Shown: positions 11,107 through 20,210 of the stretch, in pieces | How positions within the stretch are numbered: the first letter of the stretch is position 1 | Layout of the letters: every line of letters starts with the position of its first letter | Assembly (NCBI GenBank): GCA_016714815.1 | Contig: JADKBZ010000003.1 | Coordinates: 544,038 to 608,037, forward strand | Direction of reading: 5' to 3' | DNA length: 64,000 nt | Source: Holophagales bacterium | GTDB lineage: Bacteria > Acidobacteriota > Thermoanaerobaculia > UBA5066 | Translations under genes and position numbers: made by a program | The notes under the pieces: model-generated | The model's database searches: none | The model's input: only the letters and a program-made list of their open reading frames with translations | Told to the model about the DNA's origin: nothing

Positions 11107-12350
11107 GCACGACCGTCACGTCGGCCGCCGGCCTCGACGTCGCCGCCGTACGCCGCGACTTCCCGCTCCTGTCCCGCACGGCCCACGGCCACCCCCTCGT
11201 CTACCTCGACAGCGCGAACACGACGCAGAAGCCCGAGGCCGTGATCCGCGCCTCCGACCGCTTCTACCGCGAGCAGAACGCGAACATCCACCGCTCCACC
11301 TACCGCCTCTCCGAGGAGGCGACGGCGGCCTACGAAGGCGCCCGCGAAACCGTGCGCCGGTTCGTGAACGCCCGCTCGACGCGCGAGATCGTCTTCACGC
11401 GCGGAACGACCGAGTCGATCAACCTCCTCGCAACGAGCTTCGGCCAGGCGTTCGTGAAGGCGGGCGACGAGATCCTCATCACCGGGATGGAGCACCACTC
11501 CAACATCGTTCCGTGGCAGCTCCTCTGCGAGCGGACCGGCGCCAGGCTCCGCGTCATCCCGATCGACGACCGGGGCGACCTCGTCATGGACGACCTCGGC
11601 CGCCTCCTGACGGAGAAGACGAAGCTCGTCGGCGTCGTCCACGTCTCCAACGCCCTCGGCACCATCAACCCGGTGAAGGCCCTCATCGGCTACGCCCACG
11701 CCAAGGGCGTCCCGGTCCTCGTCGACGGGGCGCAGTCGATCCCGCACCTCGGCGTCGACGTCCAGGCGCTCGACTGCGACTTCCTCGCCTTCTCGGGGCA
11801 CAAGGTCTACGGCCCGACCGGAATCGGCGTCCTCTACGGCAAGGAGTCGTGGCTCTCGAAGATGCCCCCGTACCAGGGGGGCGGCGACATGATCGCCTCC
11901 GTCTCGTTCGAGAAGACGACGTACGCCGAGCTCCCGGCGAAGTTCGAGGCGGGGACGGGTAACCTTGCAGGCGCCGTCGCACTCGGCGCGGCCCTCGACT
12001 ACGTGACGGGCCTCGGCCTGCCGCGGATCGCCGCGCACGAGGCGGACCTCCTCTTCTACGCCACCGCGCGCCTCTCCGAGATCCCGGGCCTCAGAATCAT
12101 CGGCCGAGCCCGCGAGAAGGCGAGCGTCGTGTCGTTCGTCCTCGGAGATATTCACCCGCACGACGTCGGGACGATCCTCGATCAGGAAGGGATCTGCATC
12201 CGGACGGGCCACCACTGCGCGCAGCCGGTCATGACCCGCTACGACCTCCCCGCCACGGCCCGCGCCTCCTTCGGCCTCTACAACACGCGCGAGGAGGTCG
12301 ACGCGCTCGCGGCCGGCCTCCGGAAGGTCCTCGAGGTTTTCGGCGCATGA
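11103..12350 (+). CDS. sufS: Cysteine desulfurase SufS (PLP-dependent)
   Basis: PLP lysine motif FSGHKVYGPTGIGVLYGK, active-site Cys motif RTGHHCAQP. ATG at 11103 is in frame within the longer tracked ORF. Confidence 0.9.
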   Translation: MSTTVTSAAGLDVAAVRRDFPLLSRTAHGHPLVYLDSANTTQKPEAVIRASDRFYREQNANIHRSTYRLSEEATAAYEGARETVRRFVNARSTREIVFTRGTTESINLLATSFGQAFVKAGDEILITGMEHHSNIVPWQLLCERTGARLRVIPIDDRGDLVMDDLGRLLTEKTKLVGVVHVSNALGTINPVKALIGYAHAKGVPVLVDGAQSIPHLGVDVQALDCDFLAFSGHKVYGPTGIGVLYGKESWLSKMPPYQGGGDMIASVSFEKTTYAELPAKFEAGTGNLAGAVALGAALDYVTGLGLPRIAAHEADLLFYATARLSEIPGLRIIGRAREKASVVSFVLGDIHPHDVGTILDQEGICIRTGHHCAQPVMTRYDLPATARASFGLYNTREEVDALAAGLRKVLEVFGA

Positions 12351-12799
12351 CGGCTCTCACGGACCTCTACCAGGAGGTCATCCTCGACCACAACAAGTCG
12401 CCCCGGAACTTCCGGGCGCTCGAAGGGGCGACCCACTCCGGCATCGGCCACAACCCCCTCTGCGGCGACCAGCTGACGCTCTACGTCGTCGTCGACGGCG
12501 GCGTCATCCGCGAGATCGGCTTCCAGGGGAAGGGGTGCGCCATTTCGAAGGCGTCAGCCTCGCTCATGACCGAAGCCGTCAAGGGAAAGACCACGGAAGA
12601 GGCCGAGGCGCTCTTCACCCGCTTCCACGACCTCCTCACCGGACCGTCCGACGTGAAGACCGACGCGAAGGGCTTCGGCAAGCTCGCCGTCTTCTCCGGA
12701 GTCCGCGAATTCCCCGTCCGCGTCAAGTGCGCGACGCTCGCCTGGCACACGCTCCACTCGGCCCTCGCCGGGGGCGGCGCCTCGGCCTCCACGGAGTAA
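12347..12799 (+). CDS. sufU: SufU/NifU-like sulfur acceptor (SUF-type scaffold)
   Basis: Conserved Cys motifs (NPLCGD, GKGCAIS, VKCATLAWHTL) typical of Zn-binding SufU. Confidence 0.85.
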   Translation: MTALTDLYQEVILDHNKSPRNFRALEGATHSGIGHNPLCGDQLTLYVVVDGGVIREIGFQGKGCAISKASASLMTEAVKGKTTEEAEALFTRFHDLLTGPSDVKTDAKGFGKLAVFSGVREFPVRVKCATLAWHTLHSALAGGGASASTE

Positions 12800-12803
12800 C
12801 GCC

Positions 12804-13145
12804 ATGTCCGCCGCGATGCCCGAACCGACGCCCGCCGCTCCCTCCGACGACCTCGAGCAGAAGGTCGTCGGGGCGCTCAAGAAGATCTACGACCCCGAGA
12901 TCCCGGTCAACATCCACGACCTCGGCCTCATCTATTCGGTCAACGTCGCCGATGGCGGCGCGGTGCAGGTGACGATGACGCTCACCGCCCCCGCCTGCCC
13001 CGTCGCCGGGACCCTCCCCGGCGAGGTGGAACGGGCGGTACGGTCGGTCGACGGCGTCTCCGAGGCGAAGGTCGAGCTCGTCTGGGACCCGCCCTGGAAC
13101 CCCGGGATGATGTCCAAGATGGCCCGGGTGATGCTGGGGATGTGA
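12804..13145 (+). CDS. sufT: DUF59/MIP18-family Fe-S assembly protein (SufT-like)
   Basis: Pattern YDPEIPVNIHDLGLIY...TMTLTAPACPVAG, typical of the DUF59 domain found at the end of suf operons. Confidence 0.8.
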   Translation: MSAAMPEPTPAAPSDDLEQKVVGALKKIYDPEIPVNIHDLGLIYSVNVADGGAVQVTMTLTAPACPVAGTLPGEVERAVRSVDGVSEAKVELVWDPPWNPGMMSKMARVMLGM

Positions 13146-13396
13146 CCGTGGCCCTCGCCGACGGCCTCCGCGAGTACCTGGCGCGCGACTGGGCGGCGGT
13201 GAGGGAGTCGAAAGAGGCCGCGCTCGCCGAGCGGCTCGACCGGCTCGGCCCCGCCGAGAGCCTGCGGATGGCCGACGAGCTTCGCCACTTCGCGCGTTCC
13301 GTCGGCTCCGACCCCGCCGCGGCCGACCTCAGGGCCGCCGACCTCGAGGCCCACCGGCGCCTCAGCTCGCTTCTGCGCCGTGCCTCTCACGTCTGA
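13142..13396 (+). CDS. Hypothetical small helical protein (84 aa), possible partner of the downstream nucleotidyltransferase
   Basis: 4-nt overlap with the sufT stop and overlaps the downstream nucleotidyltransferase gene start. No recognisable motif. Confidence 0.45.
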   Translation: MTVALADGLREYLARDWAAVRESKEAALAERLDRLGPAESLRMADELRHFARSVGSDPAAADLRAADLEAHRRLSSLLRRASHV

Positions 13397-13997
13397 CGCC
13401 GCCCGGCTCCTCGCGCTCGTCCGCGAGGTCTTCCGGCTGCGAGGCGATCGCTGGTTCCTCTTCGGCGCCCAGGCCGTCGTCGCCCACGGTTTTCCCCGGA
13501 CGACCGGCGACGTCGACGTGACGGTCGTCCCCGCAGACGGAAACCCGCGCGCCCTCGCGACCGCCCTCGTCTCCGCCGGGCTGACCCTGCGGGTCTCCGA
13601 TCTCGACGACTTCGTCGATCGGACCGCCGTCCTCCCCTTCCTGCACGAAGCGACCGGCCTCGGCCTCGACGTCGTCCTCGGCGCCTCCGGCCTCGAGAAC
13701 GACTGCATCGACCGCGCGGTTGCCGTCGACATCGGGGACGGCACCGTTCCGGTGATCCGTGTCGAGGACCTGGTCGTCCTCAAGGTCCTCTCCGGCCGCC
13801 CGAAGGACGTCGAGGACGTGAGGTCGATCCTGCGCCGGCGGCGTCTCACGCTCGATCTCGCCCACGTCCGCTCGCTCCTCGCCGAACTGGAAGAGGCCCT
13901 CGGGCAGAGCGACCTCGTGCCCGAGCTCGAAGGGCTGCTCGCCGAGGAAGAGCGGTCGCGAGGCGTTCGCGGCCGGACGACTCCCCGCCGGACGTAG
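13380..13997 (+). CDS. Nucleotidyltransferase-fold protein (minimal NTase, DUF6036-like)
   Basis: NTase signature GAQAVVAHGFPRTTGDVDVTVV (G[SA]x9-13DhD). About 205 aa. Confidence 0.55.
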   Translation: MPLTSDAARLLALVREVFRLRGDRWFLFGAQAVVAHGFPRTTGDVDVTVVPADGNPRALATALVSAGLTLRVSDLDDFVDRTAVLPFLHEATGLGLDVVLGASGLENDCIDRAVAVDIGDGTVPVIRVEDLVVLKVLSGRPKDVEDVRSILRRRRLTLDLAHVRSLLAELEEALGQSDLVPELEGLLAEEERSRGVRGRTTPRRT

Positions 13998-14136
13998 CGG
14001 TCCTTCAGCAACGGACGGGAGACGGCCTCGCCAGCATCGGAGCCATGGTGATGGTTTCGCAAGGAAGAAGGGCCGAAGAAGCCGGGCCCCGCAAGGGGTC
14101 GGGAACGAATCCGGCGAACCTGGTGAGGAGTCCCCA

Positions 14137-14236
14137 AAGCGCCTCGTCCACGACCTCCTGACCGGACCACGCGACGTGAAGATCGACGCCGACGGCGGCG
14201 CGGTCCAGGATGGCCCTGGTGATGATGGGGATGTAG
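14137..14236 (+). pseudogene. Degenerate fragments homologous to the sufU 3' region and the sufT 3' end (non-coding remnants)
   Basis: 14137-14190 resembles sufU 12611-12665 (...cgtccacgacctcctgaccggaccacgcgacgtgaagatcgacgcc). 14189-14236 resembles sufT 12939-12966 and 13119-13145 (atggccctggtgatgatggggatgtag vs atggcccgggtgatgctggggatgtga). Confidence 0.55.
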
Positions 14237-14287
14237 ACCGGGCACCCGCCGACGTCCGCGTTTACGCTTTCGTCACAGCCACCGGAA

Positions 14288-15286
14288 TTGTCGACTGGAC
14301 TGCCAGTGGTCGTACGCGGAGCGGAGGCCCAACCAAGGACGAGATCCATCACCGAGCGGCCCGCCTGGCGGAGCTTCCGTTCCTCCCTTGGGTTCGCGGC
14401 CGCGCTCCTCGTATCCCCGTCCCCAACCGCGACCGCGCCCACGACCGCGGTGACGATCCACGAGTTCCCGATCCCGACGGCCGGTTCTTTGCCCTATGGG
14501 CTCACCTCGGGACCAGACGGCGCAATCTGGTTCACCGAGTGGGCGAGCAACAAGGTCGGCCGGATCACGACCGCCGGTGTCGTCACCGAGTTCACGATCC
14601 CGGCGACGAGCCACGGTCTCCACGTCATCGTCTCCGGGCCCGACGGCAACCTCTGGTTCACGGAACTCGACGGCAACAGGATCGGCCGGATGACTCCTGG
14701 AGGAGACCTCACGGAGTTCCCGCTCCCGGAGGCGGGCAGCGCGCCCTACGCCATCGCTGCGGGACCCGACGGCAACCTCTGGTTCACGGAGTACGTCGCC
14801 AACAGGATCGGCCAGCTCATCGTTCCGTGGACCGCGTACTTCACGATTCCTCCGTGTCGTCTCTTCGACACGCGAAACAGCGAGGGGCCGGACGCGGCGT
14901 CGCCGATCCTCGCGGCCGGGGAGTCCCGGCCCCTGGCGCTCGACGGGAGATGCGGCGTCCCCACGTCGGCACGCGCCGTGTCGATCAACGTGACGGTGAC
15001 GCAGCCCGGCGCGCCCGGGAACTTCGTTCTTTTCCGTGGGGACCTCGCCCCGGTCCCGAACACCAGCAACCTCAACTTCCCGGCCGGAAGCACCCGGGCG
15101 AACAACGGAATCCTGGGGTTGGACCTTCACGGGGGCCAGACGATCAAGGTCGTGAACTACTCGGCCGGCCCGGCTCATTTCATCCTCGACGTGTCCGGGC
15201 ATTTCGAGTCGTCACCCCGGAGATCCTGGATCTGGACCAAAGCCCGCCGACGGACCTGCAGAGGGTCCCTCGATACCTCCCGCTGA
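14288..15286 (+). CDS. Secreted beta-propeller protein with Vgb (streptogramin lyase)-like repeats plus a C-terminal PPCRxxDTR...LDVxGxF module
   Basis: Four repeats of the type GPDGNLWFTE..NRIGR (Vgb family style), then CRLFDTRN...NVTVTQPGAPGNFVLF...HFILDVSGHFE. The 5' end and the 25-aa C-terminal extension are uncertain; the gene sits between suf-like remnants. Confidence 0.65.
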   Translation: MSTGLPVVVRGAEAQPRTRSITERPAWRSFRSSLGFAAALLVSPSPTATAPTTAVTIHEFPIPTAGSLPYGLTSGPDGAIWFTEWASNKVGRITTAGVVTEFTIPATSHGLHVIVSGPDGNLWFTELDGNRIGRMTPGGDLTEFPLPEAGSAPYAIAAGPDGNLWFTEYVANRIGQLIVPWTAYFTIPPCRLFDTRNSEGPDAASPILAAGESRPLALDGRCGVPTSARAVSINVTVTQPGAPGNFVLFRGDLAPVPNTSNLNFPAGSTRANNGILGLDLHGGQTIKVVNYSAGPAHFILDVSGHFESSPRRSWIWTKARRRTCRGSLDTSR

Positions 15287-15287
15287 A

Positions 15288-15385
15288 CGGGTCGACGGAA
15301 ACGATCGGGGCGACCTGGTCCTCGACGACCTCGGCCGCCTCTGACCGAGCGGACGAAGCTCGTCGCCGTCGTCCGCGTTTCTGAA
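15288..15385 (+). pseudogene. Degenerate fragment homologous to an internal sufS segment (about 11568-11650)
   Basis: acgatcggggcgacctggtcctcgacgacctcggccgcctc-tgaccgagcggacgaagctcgtcgccgtcgtccgcgt versus the sufS sequence, about 80% identity in the same orientation. Confidence 0.5.
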
Positions 15386-15513
15386 GACCGTCACGCGGCC
15401 CGGGAGATCGACGCCGGCGGCCCTTCCACGAGACGGTCGAAGACGCCGTTCGATCCCGGCCGACTTCCGCCGCAACGGATCTTTCGCCCGAGCCCGATCC
15501 GGGGCCTCGCGCT

Positions 15514-16992
15514 TCAGCGCGCCACGCCGCTGAGGAGGAAGGGCGGCACCTGCACAACGGTCCCGGGATCCGGCAGACGGCGAGGATCCGCGAAGAACGC
15601 TCTCATGATCCGGGCCGCCTCCGGGTGCGTGAAAAGGGGCGCGTGGGACATGCCGGGTAGGGTCATCAGGTGAGCATTGGGCAGGTGAGCCAGGGTGGCA
15701 CGGGCCCACTTCCCCGGCGTGTCGGGATCGAATTCACCGGAAACGATCAGAATCGGGACCGCGCTGGAGACAGGTTCGTTTTCCCTGGCGTCCGGGTGTC
15801 CCTGAGGCCACGCGTCGAGCGCTTCCATCGGCACTGCGGTCTGGACGAACCCCCGGAGCTCCTTCGGTAGTCCGGTCGGGTGGAGGATGCGGGAAGGCCT
15901 TTCGAACGGCAGTTCCTCGTTGCACCACACCGCGAGCCGCATCCCCCAGGCCGCACCCTGGGAGGAGCCGAGGTCCGCCTCGAGCATCGGGGCCAGGAGC
16001 TGAAAGTCGCCCCTGGTCGCCGCGTCCATGGCCAGGAGCGTCGGCCGAATGGTGCCGGCCTGCTCGAGCCCCGCGTAGACGGAGTTCATGAGGCCCGCAG
16101 CGCCGAGCCGGACGACGAGGGGAGAGCCGTCCCGTGGATTCCGGACCCGGACCTGCACTGGCTTCCGGTTCGCCGTCGCCAGCACTTTCAGGAATCGGAC
16201 CTCGAGGTCCTTGCACGCGACCCGGAGGGATTCGTCCCTCTGACCCGCGGCGAGTACACGCCTCAGGACCTCCAGGATGTTGGCCGGAGCCTCTTCGTCC
16301 CAGTTGGATTCCGGCGTGAGCACCGAGTCCAGGATCGCGGATCGGATGCCTTCCGGGTGATCGCGCAGAACGGTCAGCATCAGCTTCGTGCTGTAGGAGA
16401 CGCCGTAGAGATTCAGCGCGGGGATTCCCAGCAGGCGCCTCAGGTCCGCGATGTCCGCGGCGCTCTGCTCCGTCGTGTAGCCCGCGAGGTCCACGCCCTC
16501 GGCCTTGAACGCCGCCGCCGCCGAAGCGAGGGCCTTGCGGACCGTGGCGGAGACGGGCCTGCCGTCGAGCTGCGTCGCCCAGCCCGAGCGCAGGGCTTCG
16601 TCGATGCCGGGCGCCACGAGCGAGGGCTCCGCGTGATGGGTCCCGCGCTGCTCGAAGAGGATCAGGTCCCGATCGTCGAGCAGAGGCTGATTCGCACGGC
16701 GTCTCGCGCCCGAGAGCGAGCTTCCCCCGGGTCCCCCGGCGGTGAAGAGGATCGGATCCTCCGGAGCCGCAGGATTGCGGCTCTTCTCGATGATGAACGG
16801 AAGGCGGATGCTCCGGGAGCCCTTCGCGTGCCGATTCTCGGGGACGACGAGGTAGCCAGTGCGCAGATCCGGCGCCTTCTCCACGACGGCGGCCGGCAGG
16901 TCGGCCCACTCGACGCGTGGCACGGGCAGCGCCGGCTGGGCGCCAGCGGGGAGTGACGCGGCCAGGAGCAGGAGCATGTTTCGGATCGCCAT
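15514..16992 (-). CDS. Secreted alpha/beta hydrolase (S33 prolyl/tripeptidyl aminopeptidase-like)
   Basis: Signal peptide, nucleophile elbow GVSYS, C-terminal Asp/His region (SGEFDPD...MSHAPL). Confidence 0.75.
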   Translation of the reverse strand: MAIRNMLLLLAASLPAGAQPALPVPRVEWADLPAAVVEKAPDLRTGYLVVPENRHAKGSRSIRLPFIIEKSRNPAAPEDPILFTAGGPGGSSLSGARRRANQPLLDDRDLILFEQRGTHHAEPSLVAPGIDEALRSGWATQLDGRPVSATVRKALASAAAAFKAEGVDLAGYTTEQSAADIADLRRLLGIPALNLYGVSYSTKLMLTVLRDHPEGIRSAILDSVLTPESNWDEEAPANILEVLRRVLAAGQRDESLRVACKDLEVRFLKVLATANRKPVQVRVRNPRDGSPLVVRLGAAGLMNSVYAGLEQAGTIRPTLLAMDAATRGDFQLLAPMLEADLGSSQGAAWGMRLAVWCNEELPFERPSRILHPTGLPKELRGFVQTAVPMEALDAWPQGHPDARENEPVSSAVPILIVSGEFDPDTPGKWARATLAHLPNAHLMTLPGMSHAPLFTHPEAARIMRAFFADPRRLPDPGTVVQVPPFLLSGVAR

Positions 16993-17157
16993 GTGCGCTT
17001 CTCGAAGGGCCGCTCCTATCCTAGACCACGCCAGGCCGGCCCAGCCTCACCGCGCCACCCCGGGTGCGCCCGCCCGGGCAAACGAGACTCACCTCCGGCT
17101 TTCCACGAAGGGAAAGACGCGATAGGGTGCCCCTTCCGTTTAGCGGAGGAGGAAAGC

Positions 17158-20064
17158 ATGAGAGGTCGGATGTGGGTCGCTGGTGCCGTTCTCGCGGCCA
17201 TCGTGAGAGTAGCGAGCGCCGAGAGCACCGGAGCCAACTGGCCGTCCCTGCCCGAGCAGCTGGGCAAGGACAAGGTCCTGGCGGGGAGCGCTCTCGAGGC
17301 GCTGATCAAGGCCAACCAGGATTTCGGAATGCTCCGAGCCGAGGAAGCCAAGGACACGATAAGAGTTCCGCCGTGGCTCCGGGTCGTCTGGAGGAAGTCC
17401 CACCCCGAGGGGGTCTACGTTGCCGACGACCCGACGGGCGGGTACCCCTTCGTCCTGAAGGAGGTCCACGAGTGGATGCTCTCGCACCAGGACCTCCAGC
17501 CGGGGGTTCCGGAAGCCCACGTCCCTCCGGGGCCGAAGGCGGGCGTCGGTACGAACGTGCGCACCTCGGGGCTGCAGACGGTCCCGCGGAGCGAGTCCGA
17601 CATCCGGATCAACTACTGGAACCCGCAGCTCGTCATCGCCTCGTCGAACAACATCGGCGGGAGCGGCCTGCAGGGCCAGTACTACTCGGCCGACGGTGGG
17701 GCGACCTGGGGCCAGACGACGCTCGGCTCGTTGTTCACCGGTGACGCCTTCCACTCCGATCCGACCGCCGACTGGACGTCCGACGGCAAGGCCTGGTCGT
17801 CCACCCTCGGGATCGACAGCGGCGGGAGCGTCCTCAAGGGCCGGATGTACACCTCGGCCGACAACGGCGCGACCTGGGCGCAGGAGGGCACCTGGACCGG
17901 GACCCAGACGAGCGTCGACAAGCAGATGGCCTGGGTCGACCACAGCGCGACCTCCCCATACAAGGACAGGGTCTACGTCATCTACCACAACAACGCGCCG
18001 GCCTTTATGAATCGCAGGACCCCCGGCGTCGCCGGGACCTGGCTCGCGGCACCGATCCAGGTGAGCGGAGCCGAGAGCACCGGGACCTGCATCGGCGGTG
18101 ACGTGAAGTCGAACGCCTACGGGGACGTCTTCGGCTTCTGGCCCACCACGACGAACCGGAGGGTCCTCGTCGTCAAGTCGGTGAACGGCGGGGACAGCTT
18201 CGGGACCCCGGTCCAGGTCGCCACCACCTACGACGGGTACGACATCGGGGTTCCCTCCTTCAACGGCCGGCGAGCCCTGATCTACGTCTCGGCCGGGGCC
18301 TACCGGACCGCCGCGAAGGACATGGTCTACGCCTCCTGGACCGACCTCTCGGGAGAGGCGGGCTGCACGGCCGCCGCCAACGAGCCCGGCTCGAACGTGG
18401 CCTCCACGTGCAAGACGCGGGTCTGGTTCAGCCGCTCGACGAACGGCGGCGCGACCTGGTCCGCCCCGGCGATGATCAACAATCAGGCCTCGCTGAACGA
18501 CCAGTTCAACCAGTGGCTCGCGGTGGACGAGACGTCCGGCGCGATCGCGCTCATGTACTACGACACCGTCGCCGACGCGGGGCGCAAGAAGTCCGACGTC
18601 TGGTACCAGTCGTCGTTCAACGACGGCGCGAGCTGGAACGCGCCCGTCAAGGTGACGACCGCGCAGACCGACGAGACGACCGGGGGACAGGACAGCGGCA
18701 ACCAGTACGGCGACTACAACGGGCTCTCGTACTACGCCGGCGTCGCCTTGCCCGTCTGGACGGACAGGAGGTCCGGGCTCAAGGAAGAGATCTGGACCGC
18801 GAAGGTGACCGACGCGGCCTGCACCGCCCCGGCCGCTCCGACCGCTGGCACCGCGACGGCGACGGGCGCGAACCAGATACAGGTGACCTTCACGAACGGA
18901 GCCCCCCCCTCGTCGACCTACAAGGTCTACCGGGCTCCGGGCACGTGCGCCGCGCCCACGGGGCCCTTCGTCGCGATCGCGTCGAACGTGGCCGCCTCTC
19001 CCTACCTTGACACGACGGTCTCGGGCGGCTCCACCTACGCCTACAAGGTCAGCGGGTTCGAGGTCACGGGAATCTGCGAGTCGACGCAGTCGACCTGCCT
19101 CGAGGCGACGGCGACGGGCGCCTGCACCCTCGCCCCGACGTTCGCCGGGGCCGCGACCGTGACGAACGCCGCGACCGCCTCGTGCCAGCTGGACGTGGCC
19201 TGGTCGGCCGCCACGGCCGGCTGCGCCGGGCCCGTCACCTACAACGTCTACCGCTCTACGACCAGCGGCTTCACGCCGGGTCCGGCCAACCTCGTGGCGT
19301 CGGGTCTCACCGGCACCGTCTGGAACGACGCGACGCCGCTCACCTCCGGCACCCGCTACTACTACATCGTCCGGGCGGTCGACTCGTCGAACTCCGTCGA
19401 GGAGACGAACTCCGCCGAGAAGAGCGGCTTCCCGACGGGTCCGATCGCCGTGGGGACCTTCACCGACACCTTCGAAGGGGCTCTCTCCGGCGGCGGATTC
19501 GACCGGACCGGCTGGACCCACCAGTTCATCGGCGGATCGGTCGACTGGGCCTGGTCCACCGCGGTGACCGCGAACACCCCCACCCACTCCTGGTTCTCCT
19601 CCAGCCAGACCAGCGTCTCGGACCGGATCCTCGTCTCGCCGTCCTTCATCCCGGCGGCCGACTCCGTCCTCACCTTCTTCCACACCTTCAACTTCGAGGG
19701 GACCAGCACCTGCTTCGACGGCGGGACGCTCGAGGTCTCCACGAACGCAGGGGCGACCTGGACGGTCGTCCCCGATGCCGCGTTCACCGCGGGGGGCTTC
19801 ACCGGGACCGTCAGCAGCAGCTTCAGCAACCCGATCGGAGGCAAGCGGGCCTGGTGCTTCGGGACGGTCGGGGCCATGACCCAGGTGACCGTCAACCTGG
19901 CGGCCTACGCCGGCCTCGGCACACAGCTGCGCTGGCACGAGGGCGACGACTCCTCGACCAAGGCCACGGGCTGGTACGTCGACTCCGTCGTGATCACGAA
20001 CGCGGGCTCGGCGTCGGCCTGCAACACGTCGCCCGTCGAGCTGCTGACGTTCAGCGTGGACTGA
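17158..20064 (+). CDS. Large secreted BNR/Asp-box repeat protein with Fn3-like domains, a MAM-like domain and a C-terminal PVELLTFSVD tag
   Basis: Signal peptide; BNR motifs (YSADGGATW, SADNGATW, STNGGATW, FNDGASW); two Fn3-like segments (YKVYRAPGT.., YNVYRSTTSG..); LRWHEGDDS..GWYVDSV; ends PVELLTFSVD. ATG at 17158 preceded by ggaggaggaaagc. Confidence 0.8.
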   Translation: MRGRMWVAGAVLAAIVRVASAESTGANWPSLPEQLGKDKVLAGSALEALIKANQDFGMLRAEEAKDTIRVPPWLRVVWRKSHPEGVYVADDPTGGYPFVLKEVHEWMLSHQDLQPGVPEAHVPPGPKAGVGTNVRTSGLQTVPRSESDIRINYWNPQLVIASSNNIGGSGLQGQYYSADGGATWGQTTLGSLFTGDAFHSDPTADWTSDGKAWSSTLGIDSGGSVLKGRMYTSADNGATWAQEGTWTGTQTSVDKQMAWVDHSATSPYKDRVYVIYHNNAPAFMNRRTPGVAGTWLAAPIQVSGAESTGTCIGGDVKSNAYGDVFGFWPTTTNRRVLVVKSVNGGDSFGTPVQVATTYDGYDIGVPSFNGRRALIYVSAGAYRTAAKDMVYASWTDLSGEAGCTAAANEPGSNVASTCKTRVWFSRSTNGGATWSAPAMINNQASLNDQFNQWLAVDETSGAIALMYYDTVADAGRKKSDVWYQSSFNDGASWNAPVKVTTAQTDETTGGQDSGNQYGDYNGLSYYAGVALPVWTDRRSGLKEEIWTAKVTDAACTAPAAPTAGTATATGANQIQVTFTNGAPPSSTYKVYRAPGTCAAPTGPFVAIASNVAASPYLDTTVSGGSTYAYKVSGFEVTGICESTQSTCLEATATGACTLAPTFAGAATVTNAATASCQLDVAWSAATAGCAGPVTYNVYRSTTSGFTPGPANLVASGLTGTVWNDATPLTSGTRYYYIVRAVDSSNSVEETNSAEKSGFPTGPIAVGTFTDTFEGALSGGGFDRTGWTHQFIGGSVDWAWSTAVTANTPTHSWFSSSQTSVSDRILVSPSFIPAADSVLTFFHTFNFEGTSTCFDGGTLEVSTNAGATWTVVPDAAFTAGGFTGTVSSSFSNPIGGKRAWCFGTVGAMTQVTVNLAAYAGLGTQLRWHEGDDSSTKATGWYVDSVVITNAGSASACNTSPVELLTFSVD

Positions 20065-20086
20065 GCCTCCTCTCCGCCGGAATCCA

Positions 20087-20126
20087 GGAAGGGGCCGGGG
20101 TTCATCCCCGGCCCCTTCCCTTTCGA
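20087..20126. terminator. Bidirectional terminator hairpin between the convergent BNR and sulfatase genes
   Basis: Perfect 14-bp stem ggaaggggccgggg / ccccggccccttcc with loop ttcat, followed by ctttcg. Confidence 0.6.
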
Positions 20127-20210
20127 GGGAGTCTCGTCGGGAGGCGGACGAGGCGACGGCGATCTCGAGGACGCGGTCCCGTGCGATCAGCCGCCGGGCG
20201 GGGCCGGGGC

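Noticed and set aside
13142-15390. Mobile genetic element (IS or prophage) explaining the insertion-like segment
   Set aside because: No transposase, integrase, inverted terminal repeats or tRNA target was found. I describe only the suf-fragment mosaic, not a defined element.
16993-17157. N-terminal extension of the BNR protein (tracked ORF starts at 16993)
   Set aside because: The extension is Arg/Pro-rich with no signal peptide. The ATG at 17158 has a strong RBS and is followed by a signal peptide.
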